Source: Minisyncoccota bacterium (GTDB taxonomy: Bacteria; Patescibacteriota; Minisyncoccia; Phycocordibacterales; DSPV01). From it: a stretch of DNA of 64,000 bases. Every line of letters starts with the position of its first letter. Positions within the stretch are counted from its first letter, which is position 1. Below the pieces are notes generated by a model. That model searched no databases. It was not told the origin of the DNA and saw nothing but the letters and a program-made list of their open reading frames with translations. The position numbers and the translations under genes are program-made. Location of the stretch: positions 2,239 to 66,238 of the forward strand of contig JBAZSH010000002.1 of assembly GCA_041662545.1 (NCBI GenBank), in the 5' to 3' direction. Below, one piece after another: positions 23,538 to 32,807 of the stretch.

Positions 23538-24950
23538 ATGGATCCACACTTACTTATAACCAATGTTATTTTTCTTATTGCCGTTGTGATAGCACTTGGC
23601 CTCGGGATTTATGTTTTGTTTTTGAATTGGCGCAAGACCGCCCGCTATTTATTTTCCCTCGCCTCACTTTCGGTAATTATCGCCATCATTGCTCACCTAG
23701 CTGGCACTAACGCCATTGACGCCGAAGCGTCGCGACAAGCTTTTTTTTGGACTTTAACGCTAATTCCAGCAGTTTTCTTTATTGCTCACTGCGGTTTGAT
23801 TTTGGTTAATAGAAATTTTGAGCAGCGGCGAGCGCTTGTTGTAATTTATTCTTCAGGCATCGCTCTGGTAATTTTTTTCTTGCTTTTTCCCTCCACTTTT
23901 CTTTTGCCATCAGTACCGACGGGGTTTAGTCCAAACTTTTATCAGCCCGGCGCTTTTTATTTAGTTTTCTGGTTTTATTTTTCTTTGGTCGCTTTTTACA
24001 TCTCATACCAAATGCTTGTTGCTTACAAAGTAGCTGACTTGGCCACCAAAGATAAAATAAAACATTTTTTTGTTCTAAAGCATTTTTTGATTTTTCTTTT
24101 TTTGGCCTTTCTCATTACCGGAGTGATTGGCTTAGCGATTTTTGTTGCCAACTCATTGACCGAAAGTTTACCGACAATTTCTCCGTTTGTAATTTACGGG
24201 ATATTTGGCTTAGTAATCGCTGGCTTAACTATGTCTTTTTTCCGGCGCGCGCAACTGGCCGACGCTTTGAAATATGAATTTATCGCCGTGGTAACCCATA
24301 AGTTGCGCGCGCCGGTAACCCATATCAAATGGGCTTTAAACGAATGGTCCAATGCTCGACAGGATTCCGATAAGGCCAAAATTATTGGGCAGGTTGAAAG
24401 TGCTAATAAGCGGCTTTTTGAATTAACCGATGTCTTGATGGGTTTGGTAAAAATTGATGCCGATGATTATCAATATAATTTTGAAAAAAGGGATTTGGCA
24501 AGTTTTGCTGACAACGCCCTAGAGGGTCTTTTCCTTAGAATAAAAGAAAAGGGAATTAATTTAGTAAAAAGTTATGAGAGCGGTTTGCCGGAAGTGTTGC
24601 TGGATGAAAAACGATTTCGTTTCGCTTTGCAAGTGATTGTGGAAAATGCCGTTAATTACACCAAACGAGATGGAACAGTTGAAATAAAATTGGCGCGCGA
24701 TAGCCGGACGGCCTCGGTTCTAATCTCGGTTAAAGACAGCGGTATCGGCATTACCAAAGAAGAATTGCCCCATTTGTTTTCCAAATTTTATCGAGCTGGT
24801 CGAGCGCGGACAGAAGACGGCGAAGGGATGGGTATCGGTTTGTATATGGTCAGAAAAATTGTGGAACGGCATAATGGTAAAGTTTGGGCTGAGTCAGCCG
24901 AAATTAACCACGGCGCTACCTTTTTCATTCGTCTTCCCGTAGGAGTGTAA
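23538..24950 (+). CDS. sensor histidine kinase, multi-TM N-terminal domain
   Basis: HisKA H-box FIAVVTHKLRAPVTHIKWAL, HATPase N/G boxes (DSGIGI, GMGIGLYMV). Confidence 0.85.
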   Translation: MDPHLLITNVIFLIAVVIALGLGIYVLFLNWRKTARYLFSLASLSVIIAIIAHLAGTNAIDAEASRQAFFWTLTLIPAVFFIAHCGLILVNRNFEQRRALVVIYSSGIALVIFFLLFPSTFLLPSVPTGFSPNFYQPGAFYLVFWFYFSLVAFYISYQMLVAYKVADLATKDKIKHFFVLKHFLIFLFLAFLITGVIGLAIFVANSLTESLPTISPFVIYGIFGLVIAGLTMSFFRRAQLADALKYEFIAVVTHKLRAPVTHIKWALNEWSNARQDSDKAKIIGQVESANKRLFELTDVLMGLVKIDADDYQYNFEKRDLASFADNALEGLFLRIKEKGINLVKSYESGLPEVLLDEKRFRFALQVIVENAVNYTKRDGTVEIKLARDSRTASVLISVKDSGIGITKEELPHLFSKFYRAGRARTEDGEGMGIGLYMVRKIVERHNGKVWAESAEINHGATFFIRLPVGV

Positions 24951-24952
24951 AA

Positions 24953-26740
24953 ATGTCTGAAGAAAAATTAGAAAAACCAAAGATCAAGGCCGGCTTGTTG
25001 GCGATTTGGAAGTTCGCTCGGCCCTTTAAAAAACAGCTGACGATTTTAATTTTTCTCGGTGTGATTTCGGCTATCGCCAACGGTTCCGTACCTTTTGTCA
25101 CCGGTCGATTTTTTGATGCTCTTATCAACATTTCGCAACCCCAAACCACATCTTTCGGTTCTTTTCCGCTTTGGGGTCTGCTTTTGGCAATTTGGGCAAT
25201 CGTCCAACTTGTTGCCAACAATATTGATTGGATAATGGACTGGCTCCGTCGGAAAATTGACACTCGTATTCATTTCAACATCCAAACCGAGGGCTTCATC
25301 CATTTTTTTAAATTACCTTTATCTTTCCACAAAAATACTCACATTAGTGGCGATTTGCAAAAATTAAGCACTGCTGGTTGGCGCATTTCCTCTATCATGC
25401 AAATCTTAATCAATTTTGCCCCGCAATTTTTAAGTATTATTATTGGCATTGTTTTGGCGGCCAGTATCAATTTTTTGCTGGCGAAAATTCTGGTGCTTGG
25501 TGTGCTGTTGTATATTTGGTTGTTAATAAGAATTCTTTCACCTGCCGCGAAAATTGATTGGGCGGCGCACCGCGCTTGGAATCAAAGTTGGGACGATTCG
25601 GCAGCGGCGGTACTTCAAGTGGAAAGCGTTAAGCAAGCAGCAGCGGAAGAATATGAGGCAAGAAAAGTTCGAGGAGCTTTACTCGGCAAGACTTTTAATT
25701 TGTGGTACAAACTAGAAAAAATTTGGAGTAATGTTGGATTTTTTCAGAGGATGATTGTTTTTTTGACCCAATTGGCAGTTTTCATTTTGTCGGTGCAATT
25801 TGTTGCCAGTGGTAATCTGACTGTTGGTGAATTGGTGGCACTGAACGGCTACGCCATGATGTTTTTTGGGCCATTTGTTTCGCTCGGTTACAGCTGGCAA
25901 ACTATTCAAAACGGTATTAGCTCGGCGGCGCAGGCGGATGAAATTTTTCGCCAACCAATTGAAAATTACGCACCGGTCGGGGCGGTACTGAAAGTGCCGC
26001 TCAAAGGCGAAGTCAGATTTGATAAAGTTGGTTTTCGTTACACTTCTGATCAGCCTCAAGTACTTTCCGATATTTCTTTTTCTGTTCAACCCGGAAACAT
26101 TGTTGCTATGGTCGGCGAGTCGGGCGTCGGCAAAAGCACTGCTATTTCATTGATTTCCGGTTACAATTTTCCCACCGAAGGTGCAGTACTGATAGACGGC
26201 ATTGAAACGCAGAAATTGAATCTTACTAATTTAAGACAACAAATCGCCGTTGTGCCGCAGGAAGTGGCTTTGTTTAATGACACTATTAAAAATAATATCC
26301 GCTATGGCTCGTTCAGCGCGTCGGATGAAAAAATTTTCATTGCAGCGCGAGAAGCCCATATGGAAGAATTTATCAATACTTTACCGGAAAAATACGAAAC
26401 AACAGTGGGGGAAAGAGGTATAAAACTTTCGGTTGGTCAAAAGCAAAGGGTGGCCATTGCTCGGGCGATTTTGCGCGAACCAGCGATTTTGATTTTGGAC
26501 GAACCAACTAGTGCCTTAGATGCCAAAACCGAAAAAATTGTTACCGAGGCGTTGGAGAAATTAATGACTGGCCGGACAACTTTCATTATTGCTCACCGCT
26601 TGTCTACGGTCCGCAAAGCTAACGAAATTTTAGTTTTTGATAAAGGCAAAATTGTGGAGCAGGGCACTCACCAAGAATTAATTGCCAAAACCGGTGGCGT
26701 TTACCACCACCTCTACGAATACCAAATCGGGTTGCATTAA
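24953..26740 (+). CDS. ABC transporter permease/ATPase fusion (type I exporter)
   Basis: 6 TM + Walker A GESGVGKST, signature LSVGQKQRVAIARA, Walker B ILILDEPTSALD. Confidence 0.9.
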   Translation: MSEEKLEKPKIKAGLLAIWKFARPFKKQLTILIFLGVISAIANGSVPFVTGRFFDALINISQPQTTSFGSFPLWGLLLAIWAIVQLVANNIDWIMDWLRRKIDTRIHFNIQTEGFIHFFKLPLSFHKNTHISGDLQKLSTAGWRISSIMQILINFAPQFLSIIIGIVLAASINFLLAKILVLGVLLYIWLLIRILSPAAKIDWAAHRAWNQSWDDSAAAVLQVESVKQAAAEEYEARKVRGALLGKTFNLWYKLEKIWSNVGFFQRMIVFLTQLAVFILSVQFVASGNLTVGELVALNGYAMMFFGPFVSLGYSWQTIQNGISSAAQADEIFRQPIENYAPVGAVLKVPLKGEVRFDKVGFRYTSDQPQVLSDISFSVQPGNIVAMVGESGVGKSTAISLISGYNFPTEGAVLIDGIETQKLNLTNLRQQIAVVPQEVALFNDTIKNNIRYGSFSASDEKIFIAAREAHMEEFINTLPEKYETTVGERGIKLSVGQKQRVAIARAILREPAILILDEPTSALDAKTEKIVTEALEKLMTGRTTFIIAHRLSTVRKANEILVFDKGKIVEQGTHQELIAKTGGVYHHLYEYQIGLH

Positions 26741-26855
26741 GATATGCGGATTTCTGTGCCTTTTGCGGTAGAGAAATGTTATGATAAGAGAGCAAATGGT
26801 CTATTTTCGTCACATAAAGCATCGGGTATGAAGATTTAATTGTTGTTTTAATAAA

Positions 26856-28070
26856 ATGAAAAAAATATCTGAAGCGGTAAATTGGGTCAAAAAACATGGA
26901 CTTTTTCCGAATGTGCCCGTGGTTGAAAGTCCACACGCGCCGGAGGTTATTGTGAATGGCAAAAAAGTTTTAATGTTCGCCACAAACAATTATCTCGGAA
27001 TGATGAAGGACGAAAGGGTAATAGCGGCGGCAAAAGAAGGATTAGAAAAATGGGGTATCGGTAACGGTAGCGCTCGTCTGCTAACCGGCAATTTGTATTT
27101 TCATCAAGAGTTAGAAGACAAAATTGCTAAATTTAAAAACCGACCAGCTGGTTTATCTTTCGTTACCGGTTATATGGCAAATGCTGGTGCTATTCCACCC
27201 CTCGTCAATGTTTTCAAACCATCGCTGATGTCTCTTATTAGAGGTAAGATTCTGAAAGACAAAGAAACCATTGTTTTCAGTGATGAATATAATCACGCCA
27301 GTATTATCGCCGGAGTTCGTTTGAGCAAAGCAGAAAAAGAAATTTACAAACATTGCGATGTCGCCGACCTTGAAGAAAAGTTAAAAAAATATCCGCTCTC
27401 GCAAAGAAAACTTATTGTTTCCGATGGTGTTTTCAGTATGGACGGCGACATCGCTCCCCTGCCACAAATTTTGGAGCTGGCAAAAAAATACAAAGCGATG
27501 ACTTACATAGATGACGCTCACGCCACGGGAATTTTAGGTCCAAACGGCCGGGGTATTGAAGATTATTTTGGCGTTGAGGGTCAGACGGATGTGATAATGG
27601 GGACTTTCACAAAAGCTTTCGGTGGTGTTGGGGGGTTCGTTGTCAGTAGCCAAGATATAATTGACTATCTGAAAATCCGCGCTGATTCGTTCATTTTCAC
27701 CGCGCCAATTGCTCCGCCTATTGTTTACGGACTTATCAAAGCCATTGAGTTGGTAGAAAAAGAAACTTGGCGTCGGGAAAAATTACTTACGAACGCGAAG
27801 TATCTTAGAGAAAAATTAACCGAGTTTGGAATTGATTTCCGAAATTCGCAGACCCAAATCATTCCGATAATGATCGGTGACGAAAAGAAAGCTATGAAAG
27901 CGAGCGAAGAACTTCTCAAAAACGGAATCTTCGTTCCCGCCGCCCGCTGGCCAGCCGTGCCACTCGGCCAAGCCCGCCTCCGCGTGACAGTAACTTCCGA
28001 ACATACACAAGAGCAGATAGACCAATTGGTTATAAATCTGAAAAAAATAAAAGCTAATGTAAAGTTTTAG
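26856..28070 (+). CDS. alpha-oxoamine synthase family PLP enzyme (KBL/BioF/serine palmitoyltransferase-like)
   Basis: class II aminotransferase fold; PLP-Lys in GTFTKAFGG; DDAHATG motif. Confidence 0.75.
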   Translation: MKKISEAVNWVKKHGLFPNVPVVESPHAPEVIVNGKKVLMFATNNYLGMMKDERVIAAAKEGLEKWGIGNGSARLLTGNLYFHQELEDKIAKFKNRPAGLSFVTGYMANAGAIPPLVNVFKPSLMSLIRGKILKDKETIVFSDEYNHASIIAGVRLSKAEKEIYKHCDVADLEEKLKKYPLSQRKLIVSDGVFSMDGDIAPLPQILELAKKYKAMTYIDDAHATGILGPNGRGIEDYFGVEGQTDVIMGTFTKAFGGVGGFVVSSQDIIDYLKIRADSFIFTAPIAPPIVYGLIKAIELVEKETWRREKLLTNAKYLREKLTEFGIDFRNSQTQIIPIMIGDEKKAMKASEELLKNGIFVPAARWPAVPLGQARLRVTVTSEHTQEQIDQLVINLKKIKANVKF

Positions 28071-28151
28071 GCGGAAAAATATTACCTAAAAAAATCTCAA
28101 ACTCTCCTCCGCGATTTTCATCAAATCCTCTTTTTGTTTCTGTCCCATACT

Positions 28152-28199
28152 TTTTTAAAGTTTTTAATTGGTAAGTTTTCTAATAGGGGTATTATCCAC
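28152..28199 (+). promoter_or_regulatory. shared promoter-like element X (copy 1)
   Basis: ttttttaaagtttttaattggtaagtttt..gggtattat.cac; 29/29 identical core with 36941-36988. Confidence 0.5.
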
Positions 28200-28225
28200 C
28201 ACAGAAGCTGGAATCAGCTAGCTAA

Positions 28226-28330
28226 TTGACAAAAATAAGACAATTATTGTAAAGTGATAATCGGCAAAAGAGGCCACGGTGGTTTCTTTTAATCCAAGTT
28301 CTTTAACATTTTTTCAAAGGAGGTGTCGTC
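28226..28330 (+). promoter_or_regulatory. shared promoter + 5' leader element Y (copy 1) ending at ATG of dikinase-like gene
   Basis: ~100 nt near-identical to reverse complement of 33782-33889; contains TTGACA, TGATAAT, hairpin aaagaggccacggtggtttcttt, SD AAAGGAGG. Confidence 0.6.
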
Positions 28331-30913
28331 ATGTTCAAAGTCAATTCGAATGATGTGTGGTCAATTACTAACGAGCGACATAATGCCAGTCCGTTATTGG
28401 GATTTCTTCCCTTGTTTTCTTCGATGACAATCGATATTGAGAAAATCCTTAACGTGGGTCTTAATTTAGAGTTTCTCGTTGAATTTTCCAATCGTCATGT
28501 CAGAATGGCGGCCGTAGCGTCGCATTGGGAAAAAGCAGGTTTGCTCACTGTCGAGAAGCTTAATGCTGTTGAGTTTGTGGACCAAATTACAAATGGTCTC
28601 GCAAATGGAACGGTTAATCTTAATCGTCTAGGCGACTTTCTTTATTTTGCTGATTTTTCAAAGTTTACGGATCACAATCTCGCAAAAGAGATTTCCGTAA
28701 TGGTAGATGTACTCGGTGATTTTATTGTTTTTAACAATATTATCAATACATCCGATTTTTACCATGAAGTATTCACTCGCAAAATATTGGAGTGTTTACG
28801 AACTTCTTTGGGTGTCGCTTCGTCTCTTAAAGCAGAGACAGTGTACTCTGTTTTAACAACTCCCGAGAAGACTGTGTGGATACAGGAAGAGGAGACCAGT
28901 TTGCTTGAAATTCTTACTCTGGTCTGTAAAAATCCTCGCCTTGTGTCTCTTGCGCATGATGAAAAATTAGATGAATTTTTCCATGGCGTCAGCAACATGT
29001 TTGGGTCGGAACTTGAGATGCATGTTAAAAAGTACTTCTGGATTCGGTACGAACAGGAAGGAGAAATTCTTTCTGGCAAACATTTTTGCAATGAACTAGC
29101 CAAAATGTTACGCGACGGAGTTGATGCTACAAACGCTTTAAATTCTGTTAATGAGAGAAGATTGCGTGCTAAAGAGCAATTTGACTCAATTAACTCGACG
29201 GTTGTTTTCAATTCCGAAGCAAAGCACTTACTTGAGGTAGCTCGTAAATTCGTTTACTGGAAACTTCATTTAAGAGAGGTGAAGGTACGATTTTATTGCT
29301 GCGCAGACAAGTTATTGGATGAGGCAGCAAAAAGGCTTAACCTGAACCGCTACCAAGTACGACACTTGACTGTCGAAGAGCTAACTGGTGCATTGTGCGG
29401 GACAATTCAACTGGATACTGTCTCCTTGGATAAGAGAATGGAATACAGCGTATTTTATTTTGCCTCGGGGTGTATTACAGTTTACGAAGGCCAGGATGCT
29501 CGGGATATTTTTAGTGTTGTCAAACAGGAATCTGTTGTTACCACAGATAGTGTTAGTGGTGTTTGTGCCTTTCCTGGTTTAGCGGAAGGCGTGGTAAAAC
29601 AAGTTCTTGATGTGAGTGATGGGGATAATTTTCTTCGAGGAAGTATCCTTGTTGCTTATATGACAGATGTTGGCGTTGTACCTGCTATGAAAAAAGCGAG
29701 TGCGATTGTCACAGATGTTGGCGGAGTTACATGTCACGCCTCAATCATTGCTCGTGAATTTGGTATTCCGTGTCTCATCGGAACAAAAATCGGAACCAAG
29801 GTTCTTCTGGATGGATATACCGCACGAGTGAATGCCACGGAGGGTTTTTCTAAGGTTTTATCCAAAGACGTTAATCCTCAAAAAGCATTAACTGCAAACT
29901 TAGCCGGAGATGAAGACTTGATCGTTTGTAACTTTCAGATTCCCGTGTCTGGTTTTTCAAGAAAAGAAGCCAGTCATGTTCGGAGTCTCCAAAAAACTCT
30001 TTCAAGTGATGTGCAAATCGCAGGAGGAAAAGGTGCTTCATTGGGGCAAATGCTACAATTGAGTTTACCTGTTCCAAAAGGGTTTGTCGTCCTAACATCA
30101 GCTTTCGAAGAGGTTTTCTTTGGAACCGAATACGGCGCGCGCATAAATCAACTTCTTCTTGAAATTCGTGATCAGCGCTCTCTGCGCCGAGTTTCGAAAA
30201 TGATTCAAGAGTTGGTTATCAATGTGGAAATTCCTTTCCAAATTGAACATGACATCAGGGATTCCTTTGCAGATCTGCCCTTTGACTATGTTGCGGTTCG
30301 TAGCTCGGCAACTTCCGAAGACTCGGCCACAGCATCTTGGGCGGGTCAACTTGATAGTTTTCTCAACACCACTCATGACGACTTATTACTTAATATTCGT
30401 CAGTGTTGGGCATCACTCTTTTCGGATCGTGCCATTTCGTATCGTATTCATTGCGATTCGAAAGACATGTCCGTTGCCGTTGTGGTTCAAGGAATGCTTG
30501 ATAGTCGAATTTCGGGAACTGCATTCTCTGTGCATCCGGTTACAGGACAGAGCGATGTCATTCTCATCGAGAGCTGTATTGGTCTTGGTGAGACGCTCGT
30601 TCTCGGAAAAGAGATGCCAACCACATTCCTTGTGAAAAAAGATAGTTTAGCTATCTCTCATAAGGATGTCGGTGAACAGAAAAATGGTTTGAGGCGTTCT
30701 GCCAACGGAAAGGGAAATGAGTTGTTTGTGGTGGATTTTACTATGCAGCCTCTTTCCGATTTGGAAGCAAAAGAAGTAGCTCGACTCGTCATTGATGTTG
30801 AGCAAAAATTTGGCTTCCCTGTTGATGTTGAGTGGGCGTACGAAGGGAATTGTCTTTGCTTACTGCAAAGTCGTCCCATCACTACAACGTCAAAGATTCC
30901 AAAAGTTCAATAA
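28331..30913 (+). CDS. PEP-utilizing-enzyme family dikinase-like protein with permuted domain order (helical N-domain - phospho-His swivel domain - C-terminal ATP-grasp)
   Basis: His domain VTDVGGVTCHASIIAREFGIPCLIGT at ~aa 460-490; PPDK_N-type ATP-grasp at C-terminus (GGKGASLGQM, VAVRSSATSEDSATASWAGQ, VVVQGML, SCIGLGETLV). Confidence 0.7.
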   Translation: MFKVNSNDVWSITNERHNASPLLGFLPLFSSMTIDIEKILNVGLNLEFLVEFSNRHVRMAAVASHWEKAGLLTVEKLNAVEFVDQITNGLANGTVNLNRLGDFLYFADFSKFTDHNLAKEISVMVDVLGDFIVFNNIINTSDFYHEVFTRKILECLRTSLGVASSLKAETVYSVLTTPEKTVWIQEEETSLLEILTLVCKNPRLVSLAHDEKLDEFFHGVSNMFGSELEMHVKKYFWIRYEQEGEILSGKHFCNELAKMLRDGVDATNALNSVNERRLRAKEQFDSINSTVVFNSEAKHLLEVARKFVYWKLHLREVKVRFYCCADKLLDEAAKRLNLNRYQVRHLTVEELTGALCGTIQLDTVSLDKRMEYSVFYFASGCITVYEGQDARDIFSVVKQESVVTTDSVSGVCAFPGLAEGVVKQVLDVSDGDNFLRGSILVAYMTDVGVVPAMKKASAIVTDVGGVTCHASIIAREFGIPCLIGTKIGTKVLLDGYTARVNATEGFSKVLSKDVNPQKALTANLAGDEDLIVCNFQIPVSGFSRKEASHVRSLQKTLSSDVQIAGGKGASLGQMLQLSLPVPKGFVVLTSAFEEVFFGTEYGARINQLLLEIRDQRSLRRVSKMIQELVINVEIPFQIEHDIRDSFADLPFDYVAVRSSATSEDSATASWAGQLDSFLNTTHDDLLLNIRQCWASLFSDRAISYRIHCDSKDMSVAVVVQGMLDSRISGTAFSVHPVTGQSDVILIESCIGLGETLVLGKEMPTTFLVKKDSLAISHKDVGEQKNGLRRSANGKGNELFVVDFTMQPLSDLEAKEVARLVIDVEQKFGFPVDVEWAYEGNCLCLLQSRPITTTSKIPKVQ

Positions 30914-30918
30914 ACCAA

Positions 30919-30960
30919 AGCCGGTGTATCGCAAAGATACATCGGTTCTTTTTTATTTTT
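30919..30960 (+). terminator. rho-independent terminator
   Basis: ccggtgtatcgcaaagatacatcgg + TTCTTTTTTATTTTTTT. Confidence 0.7.
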
Positions 30961-31034
30961 TTGTTATGTAAATGTTTGGATTTATGATAAAATAACTAAA
31001 TAGATTATGTAAAATTTTAATATGATTTTTATTT

Positions 31035-31661
31035 TTGAATATGAATATTTATCTTATTAGACATGGAGAAAGTACTTCTGATATAAAAAATAAGTATGAT
31101 GGTGATTATGACGACCGTTTGACCGAAAGTGGACTCCAAGACGCCAAGATTATTGCTAAAAAACTAAATGGGAGCAACATTGAAGTTGTTTTTACGAGTC
31201 CAAAAATTCGTGCACGCGAAACATCAAAAATTATCAGCGAGGTTCTTGGTTGTAAAACTTCCATAGTGGACGATCTTGCCGAGCAGGATATTTATGGTGC
31301 ATATTTGGAGCTTGGTAAAAATCAGCCGGAAGAAGAATACAGAAGACTTGGTGAGATTCTTGTAAATCGAGACAATGTCGTTGAAGGTTCTGAAACATAC
31401 AAAAATTTTAAAGAACGCGTAATAAAATGTTTTTTTGACATTACGCATCAATCGTTTGAGAATATTGCAATTGTGACGCATGGCGGATCGATTCGTTGCA
31501 TTTTTCGAGAAATACTCACATTGGGTGAATTCAAGGAGATTGGTAATGGCGCAATAATCGAACTCAAAAAAGAAGGTTCTGCGTTGTCGGTCGTGAATAT
31601 GGATCACGCCATTTTAAAGCAGAGCGTTTTGACTGGTATCGGCCAAGATGTTAAAAATTGA
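31035..31661 (+). CDS. histidine phosphatase family (phosphoglycerate mutase-like)
   Basis: LIRHGES (RHG) motif, second His in VTHGGSIR. Confidence 0.8.
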   Translation: MNMNIYLIRHGESTSDIKNKYDGDYDDRLTESGLQDAKIIAKKLNGSNIEVVFTSPKIRARETSKIISEVLGCKTSIVDDLAEQDIYGAYLELGKNQPEEEYRRLGEILVNRDNVVEGSETYKNFKERVIKCFFDITHQSFENIAIVTHGGSIRCIFREILTLGEFKEIGNGAIIELKKEGSALSVVNMDHAILKQSVLTGIGQDVKN

Positions 31662-31760
31662 AAGACTTTTTATAAAAGAAAAAACCGATGCATCTTTCGA
31701 CACATCGGTTTAAATTATCATCTACGATAGATATCGTGAGTGATTATTTTTAACAAAAAC

Positions 31761-32807
31761 TCAAAGTGGAACGTAATCTTCTTGAAACCCAAACCTTCTT
31801 GGTCCAAGCAATTCGATTCCTTTGTCTGTTTTCCATATCGGAAGCGCTGGCGTTCCAAATACTAGGACATTGATCCCCAATTGCAGGGAGCTATTGGAAA
31901 TGGGCAAGAGTGAGTCGGAATCTATGATCGATATCGAATCGGGTACGCTACAAAGGCATTTTTCACCACAAAACAAAATGATGTTTTCATTTTTGTAATG
32001 TATTGTGAACTTCTTGCCCTCAAATGCTCCCGATCCGCTTATTTGAGTTACCCCAGATAGAAATCCAGGTTCATCTTTAAACGCGTTGCTTCCAACTTTC
32101 CCCGTGACCAGTAATCTTGAATTACATTTTTCACCGAGAGCATTGATAAGCTCCGCTTCACTTTTGCAAGTGAGGATTGCGTCGCCTGTCAAAATCGACC
32201 GAGACATTGTTCCTGGTGGCAGTATCAATTGAGCATCAGCATTGCGAATGGGTCTGCTTGCTATGTAGCAATATCCTCCGGAAGCAACCGCAAAAGCTCG
32301 GTAAACACTTTCTAAGATGGCCCCGTTTTTTGAATCCTTCACTATAAGCACATCTGATTGATCATTAACAACAATTACAGGGGTTGAATTGATATTCAAA
32401 ATCCCGTATATGTCCATATCTTCTTCGGGGACTGCTCTGCCGCCAACCATATCTGTGTCTACAAGTGATATGTTTTTCTTGCTCGCTGTCCATACAGCGT
32501 TTATTTCAGAACCTATTTCACCGGGTATTACACCTTTAATGCTCACTCCCAGATGCTGTTCTAAACATTCTATCGCTAATAGGAAAGTTTTGTACTCTTT
32601 CTTGCTGTGGCCACTTGCTCCTATTGCATAGACCGTACAAAGCCAGTCATCGTCGGAAAGCTCGTCTAAAGATACAAGGCTTACATTTTCAACATTACTC
32701 GAGTTCATTAGTTCGATGCTGTTTTTGTAAGGAACACCTCCCCCACAAGAGAAAAATGATGAGCCAATGAAAAGACCCTTGTAATTACTTCTACTTAGCG
32801 TGATCAT
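31761..32807 (-). CDS. hypothetical protein, possibly DUF917-like
   Basis: 348 aa, Gly-rich SCGGGVPY near N-terminus; overlaps start/stop with GNAT gene; family assignment uncertain. Confidence 0.35.
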   Translation of the reverse strand: MITLSRSNYKGLFIGSSFFSCGGGVPYKNSIELMNSSNVENVSLVSLDELSDDDWLCTVYAIGASGHSKKEYKTFLLAIECLEQHLGVSIKGVIPGEIGSEINAVWTASKKNISLVDTDMVGGRAVPEEDMDIYGILNINSTPVIVVNDQSDVLIVKDSKNGAILESVYRAFAVASGGYCYIASRPIRNADAQLILPPGTMSRSILTGDAILTCKSEAELINALGEKCNSRLLVTGKVGSNAFKDEPGFLSGVTQISGSGAFEGKKFTIHYKNENIILFCGEKCLCSVPDSISIIDSDSLLPISNSSLQLGINVLVFGTPALPIWKTDKGIELLGPRRFGFQEDYVPL

